A stretch of 62,458 bases of DNA, counting the filler, from Globobulimina sp. (Eukaryota): assembly GCA_003354225.1 (NCBI GenBank). It is 33 parts of 33 records of this genome, joined end to end, with 100 filler letters (N's around TTAATTAATTAA, not from the genome) between each part and the next. Parts side by side here need not be neighbours in the genome. Positions count along the whole stretch, not along the records: positions 36,029 to 37,823 come from PIVH01011852.1; positions 37,924 to 39,718 come from PIVH01011853.1; positions 39,819 to 41,613 come from PIVH01011854.1; positions 41,714 to 43,508 come from PIVH01011855.1; positions 43,609 to 45,403 come from PIVH01011856.1; positions 45,504 to 47,298 come from PIVH01011857.1; positions 47,399 to 49,193 come from PIVH01011858.1; 26 more parts are not named here. One strand, 5' to 3'. A model generated the notes under the pieces. It was not told where the DNA came from and searched no databases. It saw nothing but the letters and a program-made list of their open reading frames with translations. This document shows positions 36,029-47,447 of this stretch, piece after piece (the stretch's first letter is position 1; each line of letters begins with the position of its first letter). Made by a program: the position numbers and the translations under genes.

Positions 36029-37823
36029 TTTATCATTGGTTTTCTTTTCTTTCTTCAGCATCCTCGACGGCGACGTATCATATCCACTCTCGTCCGATTT
36101 GACATTCCTTCGACCTCGCCACCCCACGAAGGGCGCCGCTTTTTTATTTTTTTGTGTATAATTACGCTTCTCCGCGTCGCGCAGCTCTTTCTTAGCTAAT
36201 TTCTCGTCAAAATCGGGGTGATGCGCTAATAAATGCACCAGATAAAATAATAAATATTCCGGCAACTTTGATATTTCATACGCGTCCACATTCATATTCA
36301 TATTAGATACCTGCGATCGGATTTGATTTTCCTTCCGCATCCGCTCAAAATAGCGCATCACCGCCGTACGATACACATCGCGTAACTTCTTATTTGGATC
36401 GGTGGCAATGAGGGGGAATATACACGCATAATGTGTGGGTAATTTGTGATCGCGCAGTTTGTTCCAAAACGATTGCAATGTATGTTTGCGTATAGCTGCG
36501 TTGCGATGATGAATCAGGAAACCTAACTCATAGAAACGCAATAAACCCAACAAACGACGATATCGCGGCTCTCGAATGATATCCAATATACCATCGACGC
36601 TCATATTTACCAAACGCATCTCAGCCATGCTTATCTCTGCTTTTTTACGCTCCTTTTTATCACTCATCATGACATCACGCGAATATTTGCGTGTATTTCG
36701 CTGTTCGATGTCGTCGATATTTATCTGTCCGTATTTTCGAATTAAGCCAAACAACGCATCTAAAATACGATCACATTCGATTTCGGGAGAGATGGGCTCT
36801 CGTAATACGTTGATGTTATCTTTGTTAAACGGATCCGATTCCTCCATAATTTGTACATCATTTTCGTTGTTTCGCGCGAGGTTTATGTCATGATCGCTGT
36901 CCTCGTGAGCTTCATTCATTATATCCTCCAAATTTAATCCCTCGCCTTCTTTCTTTTTGTTTTTATTTGTTGGAGAGGTGGTGGCCGATTTTATGGGTGA
37001 TATACCCACCGAATTTATACCCAATTCATCCTTTGGTAGATCCACAATGGACAATAAATAGTTTACTAAGATCTGGATACCGCATTGTTTCGAGGTTAAT
37101 AATGTCGGCGTCATGCATGGCGACGCACTCTTTTCTTTGCGCACTGCTTTCTTGCTCTTATTTGTTTTCTTCCTCCCTCGCTTTGAGTGTCTTTGTTTAA
37201 TCTCAACGGCATCCTCCACCTCCTCCTCTTCCTCGATATTATTTTCCTGATAAATGCCATCATTTTCGTTCAGATCAAACGGTAAAAGTGTCTCCATAAT
37301 GAACTGAGTAATATGCTGCGCCCGCGATATAAATATATTTGGTGACAACTTGGCAATCAACGACAACGTAGACAGCAACGTCGGCAAATATTGCTCCGTG
37401 ATATCCAACTCCTTACTCGTTTCCTCGCATAATGTCTGTACAACGGCCGAGTACTTCCCAGTACATTTTATGATACATTCCGTGGCCAATTGTGCCTCTT
37501 CATAATTACTGCTTATCTTAGCTTTCTCAATCAAATCTGACAAGAATTCATCCGGTATACCACCGCTCCCATCACCCTCCTCATCATCGAACGAATTCGG
37601 AGTGATGGATTTGGCCAAAATGCGCAGTGACACAAAGGATAATTTACGCGTAATATCAATAGCATACGTTTTATGGAAATTAAATAGTTTGATCAACGCC
37701 GTCAAACACTGATAGGCATCGAATATATTTGGAATCTCATCACACAAACAATTTAATAGAAAGATACCAGAGTTTAATAACGCACATGGTTGGCCATTAT
37801 CATTCTCAATAATAGCGACCATT
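36029..37823 (-). CDS. PDS5: Sister chromatid cohesion protein PDS5, internal to C-terminal part
   Basis: HEAT-like region, LPTHYACIFPLIATDP and the conserved LPEYLLFYLVHLLAHHPDF. Confidence 0.85.
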
Positions 37824-37923
37824 NNNNNNNNNNNNNNNNNNNNNNNNNNNNNNNNNNNNNNNNNNNNTTAATTAATTAANNNNNNNNNNNNNNNNNNNNN
37901 NNNNNNNNNNNNNNNNNNNNNNN

Positions 37924-38361
37924 GTGCGCATGGATCGAACTGGGGAAAGAACACATGTTTTTGTAGTATACTTTGATTTTCTCGTCGGTTAAGGCGCGGA
38001 TATTTGGTCCTAATGCCCCTAAATGGGAGTCTCTGGCCATTGGTGTTTTGATTTCATCGAAACATTCATCTGTGAATTCTCGATATAATCCTTTAAGATA
38101 TTCGGCGCCAATACGATCTCCAGCGTCTCCTAAACACCATACTGCTGCGGGTGAGCCTGGAGTTATCACTGTGCCTGCCACTAAATTGTATCCGGACGGA
38201 CAATAATTCCATCGCACTTCAACACATCCAATGTAATATACACGATCCGCGTCAACATTATAATTTGGAAGAGCACTCCATTCACCATTGCAAGCGCTGA
38301 CTGCTGGTTTTATTGTTAAATAGAATATGGTAATTATTGTGACTAAATATAAACAGGTCAT
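37924..38361 (-). CDS. Secreted Cys-containing hypothetical protein, 3' partial
   Basis: Signal peptide MTCLYLVTIITIFYLTIKPAVSA followed by a Cys-rich domain. Confidence 0.6.
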
Positions 38362-38483
38362 ATTTCTGTTTACTGTTAGAATGGTAAAGAAGGGGACACA
38401 AAGTTTTACTAAGAGTTTTTTAAAGTTTTTAAAGTTTTAGCTGTTTGTATGCAGTAAAAGATGGCATGATAATTGTGTCTTTA

Positions 38484-39128
38484 TTAAACAATTACAAATT
38501 CATAAAGCAATATAATAGCTGTTACCAATATAATTGTTAACGACCAGATTGCAATGGTTGAGTATATATTTGCCGCATGTGGTCCAATCAAACTATCTAT
38601 GTATGTACTTTCATCACTTTCTACAGAGCGCATTTCAATAATACTGTTAGATGAGTCATTTATTTGTCTTTCGACCACATCCTCTTTTTGACTGCGAATA
38701 CTTAATACACTTATAATACGACTCGCAGTTTCTGGCATAATTTGCGGTGTTTCTCTTGGTTGACTGGTCAAATGATCTGACTCTTGATCCGAATGAATTG
38801 TTTCATCTGATTCTTCCGGATCCGGATCCTCAATGATGACAAACGCATTTTCTATTTCGACCACATCATTATGAAAATGTGTTGAATAATTATTATCTTT
38901 TTCTAAATCATAAGAAATCGCAGAATGATTGTTGTCTGCAACTGTTCCTGAATTAGATAACGTTTGCAATTCCAGATCTTGTTCTATTACAACATTTGTC
39001 AAATTACCATCAGCGAATGTCTCTTTTTGAATTGGTGTATCTAACGGTGATAGAACTCGAAATCGTGACTCTGGCGGTAATCGTGCATCTGCTAATAATG
39101 GATTGGTTGCGTGTGATGGTGACAGCAT
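38484..39128 (-). CDS. Acidic tail-anchored membrane protein
   Basis: S/E/D-rich body with a C-terminal TM helix. Confidence 0.6.
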   Translation of the reverse strand: MLSPSHATNPLLADARLPPESRFRVLSPLDTPIQKETFADGNLTNVVIEQDLELQTLSNSGTVADNNHSAISYDLEKDNNYSTHFHNDVVEIENAFVIIEDPDPEESDETIHSDQESDHLTSQPRETPQIMPETASRIISVLSIRSQKEDVVERQINDSSNSIIEMRSVESDESTYIDSLIGPHAANIYSTIAIWSLTIILVTAIILLYEFVIV

Positions 39129-39174
39129 AACTGATACTACTGATTTTAATTCTAAAGTTTTTTCTAACAATCCT

Positions 39175-39678
39175 ATGTTCGGCTTGCAACAGCTGGTTGC
39201 GATTTTTCTATACACCTTTGTGTGTACACATTCCTTAGATTATGCAAGTGCGCCTGTTCTGAGTCCTTCAGATGCTCGACATAGAACAATAAAGCAAGAA
39301 TCAAGTGAACATGTACAGTTCGCATATTCCACAAAAATCAGAAAAGCCCAATATTTCCATCACCATTATATTTATCATGAATCGAACAAAAACAAAATGA
39401 GACATGATCATGAAATCAAAGTGCCGACGGAAGAGAGAATACTAAAATTATATCACATGATTGACATAAATAAAGATGACATTATATCGAAAAGCGAGCT
39501 GCAATCTTTGTTGCATGTTCATAAATATCCAAAACATCATCCAAAGCATGATAAATTGATTGAAACTGCAATAAAAAGATTAGACTTAAATTCCGATGGC
39601 ATAATAGACCTTTGGAATTTATCCGGTCGAATTCGCCTTGAGTTCGAGTGCTTGGAACCTATGGTGGAGTGTATATGA
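39175..39678 (+). CDS. Secreted EF-hand calcium-binding protein
   Basis: Signal peptide MFGLQQLVAIFLYTFVCTHS; EF loops DINKDDIISKSE and DLNSDGIIDL. Confidence 0.75.
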   Translation: MFGLQQLVAIFLYTFVCTHSLDYASAPVLSPSDARHRTIKQESSEHVQFAYSTKIRKAQYFHHHYIYHESNKNKMRHDHEIKVPTEERILKLYHMIDINKDDIISKSELQSLLHVHKYPKHHPKHDKLIETAIKRLDLNSDGIIDLWNLSGRIRLEFECLEPMVECI

Positions 39679-40163
39679 TCTCTAAAGGGGTTTGTATGCA
39701 AATATATTTCTCTACATCNNNNNNNNNNNNNNNNNNNNNNNNNNNNNNNNNNNNNNNNNNNNTTAATTAATTAANNNNNNNNNNNNNNNNNNNNNNNNNN
39801 NNNNNNNNNNNNNNNNNNAATTTTCGATTTTGGGACAAATTTTTTTTTGATTTTTCGGCAAAAATCCAACATAATTGAAAATATATTCAGATTATGTTAT
39901 CTCGATCGTCTAAAGGAGGAAATATTATGTAGTAAGCGACGTGGGGGGCGTGTTTTACTTTGTAATCGAGAGGCCCTCCTCCTCCTTTTTTTTGATCCTA
40001 AAAAATTCTAGATTTTTTTTTGAAAAATTATCGATGAGCTAACCATTTTTTCTTTTAGAGTGCCTCTTTCTTCTACGTTTTTGAACAATTTTATACTTTC
40101 TTTTAACGGGCGCCAGGTTTGCAATAATCGTAACAATGATACAATACGCTCTACACAGCCTAT

Positions 40164-41005
40164 TTATGCATTTTTAATCTTCCTAAAATGAAGAGTAGCG
40201 AAATTTTCACCCACATTCTGTCGAATATCTTCCCCGTTCTGGTCTTTAATATCAATTCTGATCTGGTCAACATATGACGGACCGATCCACCTTTTATACT
40301 TTGGCGATGGAAATTCTATACTCGTGTACTGACGGTACTCGTGATCACCGATGTGTAGCGTGGCAAGAATTTTTAGTACCGAATTATTGGCGTAACTGTA
40401 GCCGATATTTTCGTTGGTGAGGTATAGGTTCCGTTGCCAAAGGCAGGGATATGGGATCGGCTCTTCGGCTAACGTGGGATTAATTAACAGCTTTTCTTCG
40501 TTTTTACTATTATCAATCTTTACTGTTTTTAATCCCAGTAGACGGGCAAAATTTCGACTTAGCACTAATATGGTGTTTGCAGCGATTCTAAACTTTTTCG
40601 GGCTACCTCGAACCTTGAACCTGAAATAATCTTAGTTTTTAGTGTCGACGCTCGACACTTTTACTTGACCCAATCTTCGATCTTTTCCTCCGTTTCCAAT
40701 CTCGCTTTTATATCCGCGTTAAGTTGCTCGTATAAGTCGTCGAGACTTTGCTGGTATTGGTCTGGAATATTGACTTCTATTCTATCGGCCTCGTTTCCGG
40801 GGTTCGCCGGGTCCACTTTTATTATAGCTATCGATATTGCCGATACATTGAAGAAGCTGGTACATATATGCGCCGAATTTACCGCCATTTCATACTTAGT
40901 CAAATCGTAGAATCCGCCGTTGGGCAGATCGGCTACCATACCCGATACTAGGCCTAGTCTGGGCCAATTACTATTTGAACAGTATACTGTGAACTCGTTA
41001 TCCAT
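40164..41005 (-). mobile_element. Maverick/Polinton (adintovirus-like) minor capsid (penton) gene, 265 aa after removing intron 40621-40664
   Basis: N-terminal FTVYCSNSN..YEMAV and C-terminal ILATLH..IEFPSPKY..VDQIRIDIKDQNGEDI..ATLHFRK; the 44-nt GTAAAA..TTTCAG intron fuses two ORFs in frame. Confidence 0.8.
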
Positions 41006-41048
41006 CGTTTTATTTTTTCACACGCAAATTATTATATATATATATATA

Positions 41049-41613
41049 TTAGGATGTGACTTCTAATAACTCTTCTTTTAAAAACGTTCCAATCAAGGGC
41101 GTTCCTTCTAAAGTTTTCAATGCGTAACTTTCGGGAATACCGTGTTTGGCCTGAAAAACTCGGTTGATTTTTATTATTAACGTGGGCGAGATTTACCCTG
41201 TCTATGAGAAACGTTTCTTTGGTCCACGTGCCTTTATAAGATTTTGAAAATGGGTGACGTAACGTAGATATCTTAACCTTTGAATCCTGTTTAAGGCTCG
41301 GGTTTTTAAGGGGTTTAATATAATCCGATAATTTTGATCCATAAGTTTTAGCTACAACTATATGCTGATTTGTAAATGTTACGTCTTTAGGAGCATATCC
41401 TGTTTTTTGGTTTACGCCGCTATTCAAACCTTCTACAATTTCATCGATTTTGTCGATATATCGAACGGCCGGCTTCATATTGTTTTCACTTCGATACGTT
41501 ATGTATTGATATATTTTTCTCTTAATATATCTTATCGAATTCTCTGCTAACGCGGCTTTGTTCGGCTCTCTCAAGGCGTACAACGTTGTACGGCATTTTT
41601 TAAATATCTTATC
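41049..41613 (-). mobile_element. Maverick/Polinton retroviral-like integrase C-terminus; intron 41151-41196; 5' partial
   Basis: KAALAENSIRYIKRKI, LNSGVNQKTGYAPKDV, KVKIS..FSKSYKGTWTKETFLI; after splicing PESYALKTLEGTPLIGTFLKEEL, the typical Y.L.D..GE.I.G.FY.EEL tail. Confidence 0.85.
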
Positions 41614-41713
41614 NNNNNNNNNNNNNNNNNNNNNNNNNNNNNNNNNNNNNNNNNNNNTTAATTAATTAANNNNNNNNNNNNNNNNNNNNNNNNNNNNNNN
41701 NNNNNNNNNNNNN

Positions 41714-41900
41714 ATATTTTGAAACCAAAAAACAATATGGAATATATGTTCCAGTCAAATTTGTAAAAAAAAGTATAAACAAAAACGTGTTTTTTTATAT
41801 TTGCTCCGATACAAAACGTTTCAAGAAAAGCAGGAAAAAGCAGAAACAAAAATATGTTGAGGACGACGAGGACGCGGATGAGTATGACGATGAATATTGA
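41714..41900 (+). CDS. 3' end of a probable CAP-Gly domain protein with an acidic tail
   Basis: Manual translation YFETKKQYGIYVPVKFVKK...EDDEDADEYDDEY*. Confidence 0.4.
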
Positions 41901-42340
41901 TTTAATGCATTTCATTTCAGTTTTAACTGTAAATATTGATTTTGTTTTGTTTCTAATTTAGTGCTTTCTTTGTTTTTTTTTAATTTGTATTTTTAACGTC
42001 AAAAAGAGTCTGTTGATATTGTTCTGTCTTTTATCTGTATATAGAAACAAAAGGAAAATTAATTGAGAAAAGTTTTTTGTTGTGTTCAATTTTAATTTAT
42101 TTGTTGTTTGTTTTGTTTTGTTTTGTTTTGTTGTGTAAAATTTCTTCTTTTTTTTTTGACATTTTCTTCCCATATTCATAGCAATTCCTTTAATTTATCT
42201 CCATTCAATTTTAGATACATTTTTATCGGTCGCAAGTGCCCTTTATTTGTTTTTTCAATTATTTTTCCAGAAGTTTTGAAGAGAGCAAGATACAGTTTTT
42301 TTGCAGGTGCGAATAGCGTCATTTGAATATTAAAACAGAA

Positions 42341-43508
42341 ATGCTGTTAAATTGCATTTTCTTGGTTGTATTATTTGGAACAAATCATTCCAAACCAAAA
42401 GCAAAACAAGTAAAATATGGAATGGTTATTGATGCGGGCTCAACACATTCACAATTGTTTATTTATAGATTTTCATGTGATTTTAATGAATTAAATCCCA
42501 AATCAACACCAATGCAAATTGCATTCAGTGAATCAACAGAGCCAATTACGGCGCTGCAAAGTCAAGAACAATGTGATAATTTACTTTCAGTTTAATATTC
42601 CATCACAAAAATATACGTTTCTGATTGAATTGAAATATACCAGTATACAAATAATATTTATACATAGTTTCTGATCATTTTTGCCAAGACATACTTGGAA
42701 GATTTTGAAAATGAATGGAATCAATATCCAATATATTTAAAAGCAACAGCTGGGATGCGACTACTCGGCAATCCTAAAAAACAGAATATTTTAGAATGGA
42801 TTCAAACTTCTTTTTTAAACCGAGAGTTAAATCCGTTTTTATACGACGATGAATTAAATCAAATTATTATTTCTGGGAAACAAGAATCGATGTTTGGTTG
42901 GTTGGCAGTCAATTTGTTATATAATAAACTACAAAATATATCTCGTGATCCCACATATGTTTCTTATCGATTTTTTGCTGATACATTAGGAATATTAGAT
43001 TTAGGCGGACAATCTGCACAAATTGCATTCATGGCAAATTATGGGTTATACACCAATTCATTGCTTGGATATGGAACAATTGGCACTGAACAAAACATTG
43101 CTGACTTTGTATACAAACACAAAGATTATTACATCAATGATGTTGCATACAATCCATGTTTAAATAGTGGATATAACGAAGCATATAATGGTAGAAAAAA
43201 TATTAATATACAATTTGGGAGCTCTTCAAATGATTCATCTCGATGTTGTGAGCTGATACGCAATGTATTCTCATTGGATTTAAGTGTCGATATCGCTCAA
43301 ACAGTTCCCTCCGATATGAAGTTTATTGCATCGCAGGGTTTTGGATATGGCTACGATGATTTAGACAGACCGAAAAATATGGATTTGCTGCTATTATATG
43401 ATATGATGTTGGATATTTGTGGTATGACAATTGAACAGTTGAAACAATCGAAATGGAATAAAAATAATGATGTGGATGAGAAATATTTAAATAAATTATG
43501 TTTATTAA
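42341..43508 (+). CDS. GDA1/CD39 family NTPDase (apyrase); intron 42590-42667; 3' partial
   Basis: Apyrase conserved regions VIDAGSTHS, KATAGMRLL, ISGKQESMFGWLAVN, LDLGGQSAQIAF. Confidence 0.93.
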
Positions 43509-43608
43509 NNNNNNNNNNNNNNNNNNNNNNNNNNNNNNNNNNNNNNNNNNNNTTAATTAATTAANNNNNNNNNNNNNNNNNNNNNNNNNNNNNNNNNNNN
43601 NNNNNNNN

Positions 43609-44060
43609 AACACAATCCACATCAACTTTATTTTGATTCCAATGGACAAAAAATGTTTTGTTTATTTACAAATGAACATATTTATAATTCATACAAATTT
43701 GATATCATACACAATAAATGGATAACCTGTTGTGGTGAACTTGTATTTAATTATTTTAATGTATTTAAAAATAAATGGTATCGTCATTCAATAATTGATA
43801 TTCAAAATACAGGCGGTGATAAGAGTTTTGTATGGATAGAAAAAGAGAATCCAAACATTCTTTATTGTGGACTATCGAATATTATACGAACTTACCGCAG
43901 GAGACGAATATATAGGACATTGCCAGATGAATATTATATACCAAATGTCAAATATTATGATAATCGCAGTTCAAAACAATGGATATTAGATATGGACAGA
44001 ACACACATGTTTCAAAACATACGATCTTTTGAAGAAAGAGACAAAATAAAACTTGGTTGA
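43609..44060 (+). CDS. 3' end of a kelch/beta-propeller-like protein
   Basis: YKFDIIHNKW and KYYDNRSSKQW repeat-end motifs. Confidence 0.45.
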
Positions 44061-44161
44061 GTTTGTAGCACAAGTGAACTGCAGCAAATTCATATATTGT
44101 GTATTTATGTGTTTGTGCAAGGATATGTTGTGTAACAGAGACAAGAGAGTTCTACAATGCA

Positions 44162-45403
44162 TTAAAATATGCCCCGTGTGCGTGTAGTACAAGTGATGAG
44201 TTTATTTGTGGGTATTTCAATCACTATGAAACTGATAAATATTAGAAAAGACCCAATGATGGCAAATATTGTAATCTCTAATCCATGCAACCATGCATCA
44301 ACAACAAATGAGACTGGTATTATACTCAAAGCACCTAAACTCATTAAAACAGGGCCACTCAATGTTATCCCCGTCATATAACTTCCAACAAATATGCAAT
44401 CCAATATTGTCGGTAAAACAATAGTCATAACATCATCATATGAGTGAGGTAACGAAAATTTTTCAATTCCTAAAAAATGCAAAATAATAAATCCCGGCCA
44501 TAAACATAAAAAAACAAACATTCCCATCCCAGCCATTAACAGAAAAGTGTCTGCCATTTCAAAATGACGCCGAAAATGTTTATCCCCCACATACTTTGTG
44601 CCAACTGCCTGCATCGCATAAAAAATGGTAGAAATCAAACATAAAACATAACCAAACCATGTTGTTTTCACATTATTATCACTCTCCTTTCGTATACCAA
44701 AGGATACCATGGCGACTCCACCAACGGCGAGCAACATAGCCACCATTTTCATCAATGTTATCTGTTAAATTAAAACGTCCCATCCCTTTACTTAACTTAT
44801 GAAGCCTAGCTTACTTAACTTTTGTTTTCAAGATAAATGCAGAGAATAACAATACAAATACACACTGTGATTGATATATAGTATTGTTTGCAGCTACAAT
44901 CGTATGATCCAATGATAAATACCAAAAATAGCCACAGAAAAATGCTACGGCGCCAACAAACATTATACCGCTGGTCATGCTGCGCAAAAATGTAAATGTT
45001 GATTGCTGATAAGTTGTCTCAATGTCAATTATGTCAGCATTGTGTCCGTGATTATTGACAGAGTTAACAGCCAATGAATATGGTGCTGACCCAGCACTGA
45101 TGCTATTTTTTGCATTGAATCTGAAATCCTGTGGCGATGTTTCCATTAAGTCGCTTAATAGTTGTTGGTGTTTTATTTTTTTAACACCATATCTGTGGAG
45201 GAAGAACCATGGGATAATAACGAGCATATAACCGCTGGTACAACAATATCGAATGAAATATAACTGATTATATGATCCATCTTTAAACGCTTGCATCATT
45301 TCACCATAGCACACCCAATCAATTACAAGCACAACTAAACACAGGATCCCTCCAATATGTTTAGATGCTTTTGCACATAATGAGACACCCTGTGATTCAC
45401 TTG
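44162..45403 (-). CDS. SLC35F / EamA (DMT) family transporter; intron 44762-44819; 5' partial
   Basis: WYLSLDHTIVAANNTIYQSQCVFVLLFS, GITLSGPVLMSLG..IPVSFVVD; about 10 TM helices. Confidence 0.88.
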
Positions 45404-45649
45404 NNNNNNNNNNNNNNNNNNNNNNNNNNNNNNNNNNNNNNNNNNNNTTAATTAATTAANNNNNNNNNNNNNNNNNNNNNNNNNNNNNNNNNNNNNNNNN
45501 NNNAAATAAACGTATTCAAAGAGGAAAGTGAAGTGTAAGTCAACTAAAGATAACTAAACAATAAATAAAAAACACTTTTCAACGTTAAGAATCATAACAC
45601 TGCGTTTTATTTGTAAACAAATAAAACTCCGAATTATATATAATTAATC

Positions 45650-47113
45650 ATGTCACAATTTTTCAGCAAAATGCGTAATAATACAGTATGGGTTATTGGC
45701 ATTAATCAGTTATTTGAATGCGGTGAAACATTAAAAACACACAACATTAATGAGCATACAGATAACGATGAGGATTATTGCAATGCACTAACATTATGCC
45801 AATGGTCAAAAAATATGAAAAACATAACAAAAATAAACAGAGGCTATGGATTCAATATTTATACATTTGCATCAAAAGAGGAGGAATCCTTAATCAATGG
45901 GTTCATGAAGTCGTGCCAACTCTTATTGCCACATAAACAAAATTCATTTTACATCATACCCAAAGATATAATGTTATTATGTTTGAATTATTTGGGCAAT
46001 CATAGCATATATTATTCTGCCGGCGATAATAATCATGGTTCGTGTGGACTTGGTTATTTTAATCATGATCCAATTCAAACAATCACAGCCATTCCTGTCA
46101 AACTAAATAATATTACAAAAGTATGCATTGGCAGTGGTGGTCAAAGCGTTATATGGATTGCTTGTGATGGCTGTGTCTATTTAAACGGTGCGAATTATAA
46201 CAATCAATTAGGACTAATGCAGCATAAACAGGCTATACCCACGCCAACATTGTCAACGTTTTTCAAATGCAAATCATTAGATTGTACAGATGCTGCTTCC
46301 TCGAATAATTATTCCATGATTGTATGTAATGATGGCAGTGTCTGGTCCGCAGGTATTCTGATATTATGTTACTTTAACAACGTTATACGAGCAAATATTT
46401 TTGCTTGTTCACTTAAATTATTTTCAGGCAAGGGATATTTTGGAGAGCTTGGCCATGGCAGTAAGCAGGAAACAAGTCAATTTATTGCGATTGAAGCATT
46501 GCAGAAATATCATATCATTAATGTCTGTACAGGCAGTTTATTTTCGTTATTTTTGGATGAAGATGGCAGTGTATGGAGTTGCGGACGTAATGAGATTGGA
46601 CAATGTGGATTGGCTCATTTTGATACGGATGCACGTAAATTACCCGCAATGATTAACTTCCCTAACAAAGAGGTTAAAATCGAGAAAATAAAATGTGGAA
46701 TGGAACATAGTATTGCTATGGATGTGTGCGGTAATGTTTATTGTTGGGGGTCAAATGAATACGGACAATGTGGGATTGATACGTTTGTGAATGATAAAGT
46801 AAACGTACCTACATTGATTGAGACGTTTTCCGCATTGGAAGAGAGTGTGGTAATTAATATCAAAGCAGGTTCATATCATAGCGGTTCCATTACAGGTGAT
46901 GGTAAGTATTATATCTGGGGCTGTAATGATTATAATGAATGTTGTTTGAATGTGCAAGGAAAAGAGGAATTTGATACGTCTGATAATCATGTATTTATAC
47001 CACAGTGTATTAATTCGTATGTCAATCAAGCAACGAGTTGTGCAAATGTTGTGGATATGAGTTTGGGTGATTGTAATACAATGATTATAGTTTCTCAGCC
47101 TATTTTTATGTAA
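45650..47113 (+). CDS. RCC1-repeat protein; probable in-frame intron 46353-46427
   Basis: Repeats such as VWSCGRNEIGQCG, IKCGMEHSIAMD..VYCWGSNEYGQCG, IKAGSYHS. Confidence 0.92.
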   Translation: MSQFFSKMRNNTVWVIGINQLFECGETLKTHNINEHTDNDEDYCNALTLCQWSKNMKNITKINRGYGFNIYTFASKEEESLINGFMKSCQLLLPHKQNSFYIIPKDIMLLCLNYLGNHSIYYSAGDNNHGSCGLGYFNHDPIQTITAIPVKLNNITKVCIGSGGQSVIWIACDGCVYLNGANYNNQLGLMQHKQAIPTPTLSTFFKCKSLDCTDAASSNNYSMIVCNDGSVWSAGILILCYFNNVIRANIFACSLKLFSGKGYFGELGHGSKQETSQFIAIEALQKYHIINVCTGSLFSLFLDEDGSVWSCGRNEIGQCGLAHFDTDARKLPAMINFPNKEVKIEKIKCGMEHSIAMDVCGNVYCWGSNEYGQCGIDTFVNDKVNVPTLIETFSALEESVVINIKAGSYHSGSITGDGKYYIWGCNDYNECCLNVQGKEEFDTSDNHVFIPQCINSYVNQATSCANVVDMSLGDCNTMIIVSQPIFM

Positions 47114-47298
47114 TATTTTATTATTGATACAAAAAAAAATCATTAATTAATTTTTCATCGTCAGAAACGTTTTTACATATCGCATATCACTAAAATGACT
47201 AAAAAATAACATTGAAATATGTATAATTTATGGAACACAAAACAATCAAATCAATAATAAAATATTACATAAAAATAGGCTGAGAAACTATAATCATT
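47080..47298. repeat. Perfect 49-bp inverted repeat (47080-47128 / 47250-47298) running to the contig end
   Basis: The contig terminus is the exact reverse complement of the RCC1 gene 3' end. Confidence 0.95.
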
Positions 47299-47447
47299 NN
47301 NNNNNNNNNNNNNNNNNNNNNNNNNNNNNNNNNNNNNNNNNNTTAATTAATTAANNNNNNNNNNNNNNNNNNNNNNNNNNNNNNNNNNNNNNNNNNNNGG
47401 TTCCTTTTGCTTTACAGTCACAGTTCCTTTTGCTGCTGCAACAGTAG

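Noticed and set aside
40164-41583. Polinton genes as frameshifted pseudogenes
   Set aside because: Both disruptions are removed exactly by canonical GT..TTTCAG introns that restore conserved motifs.
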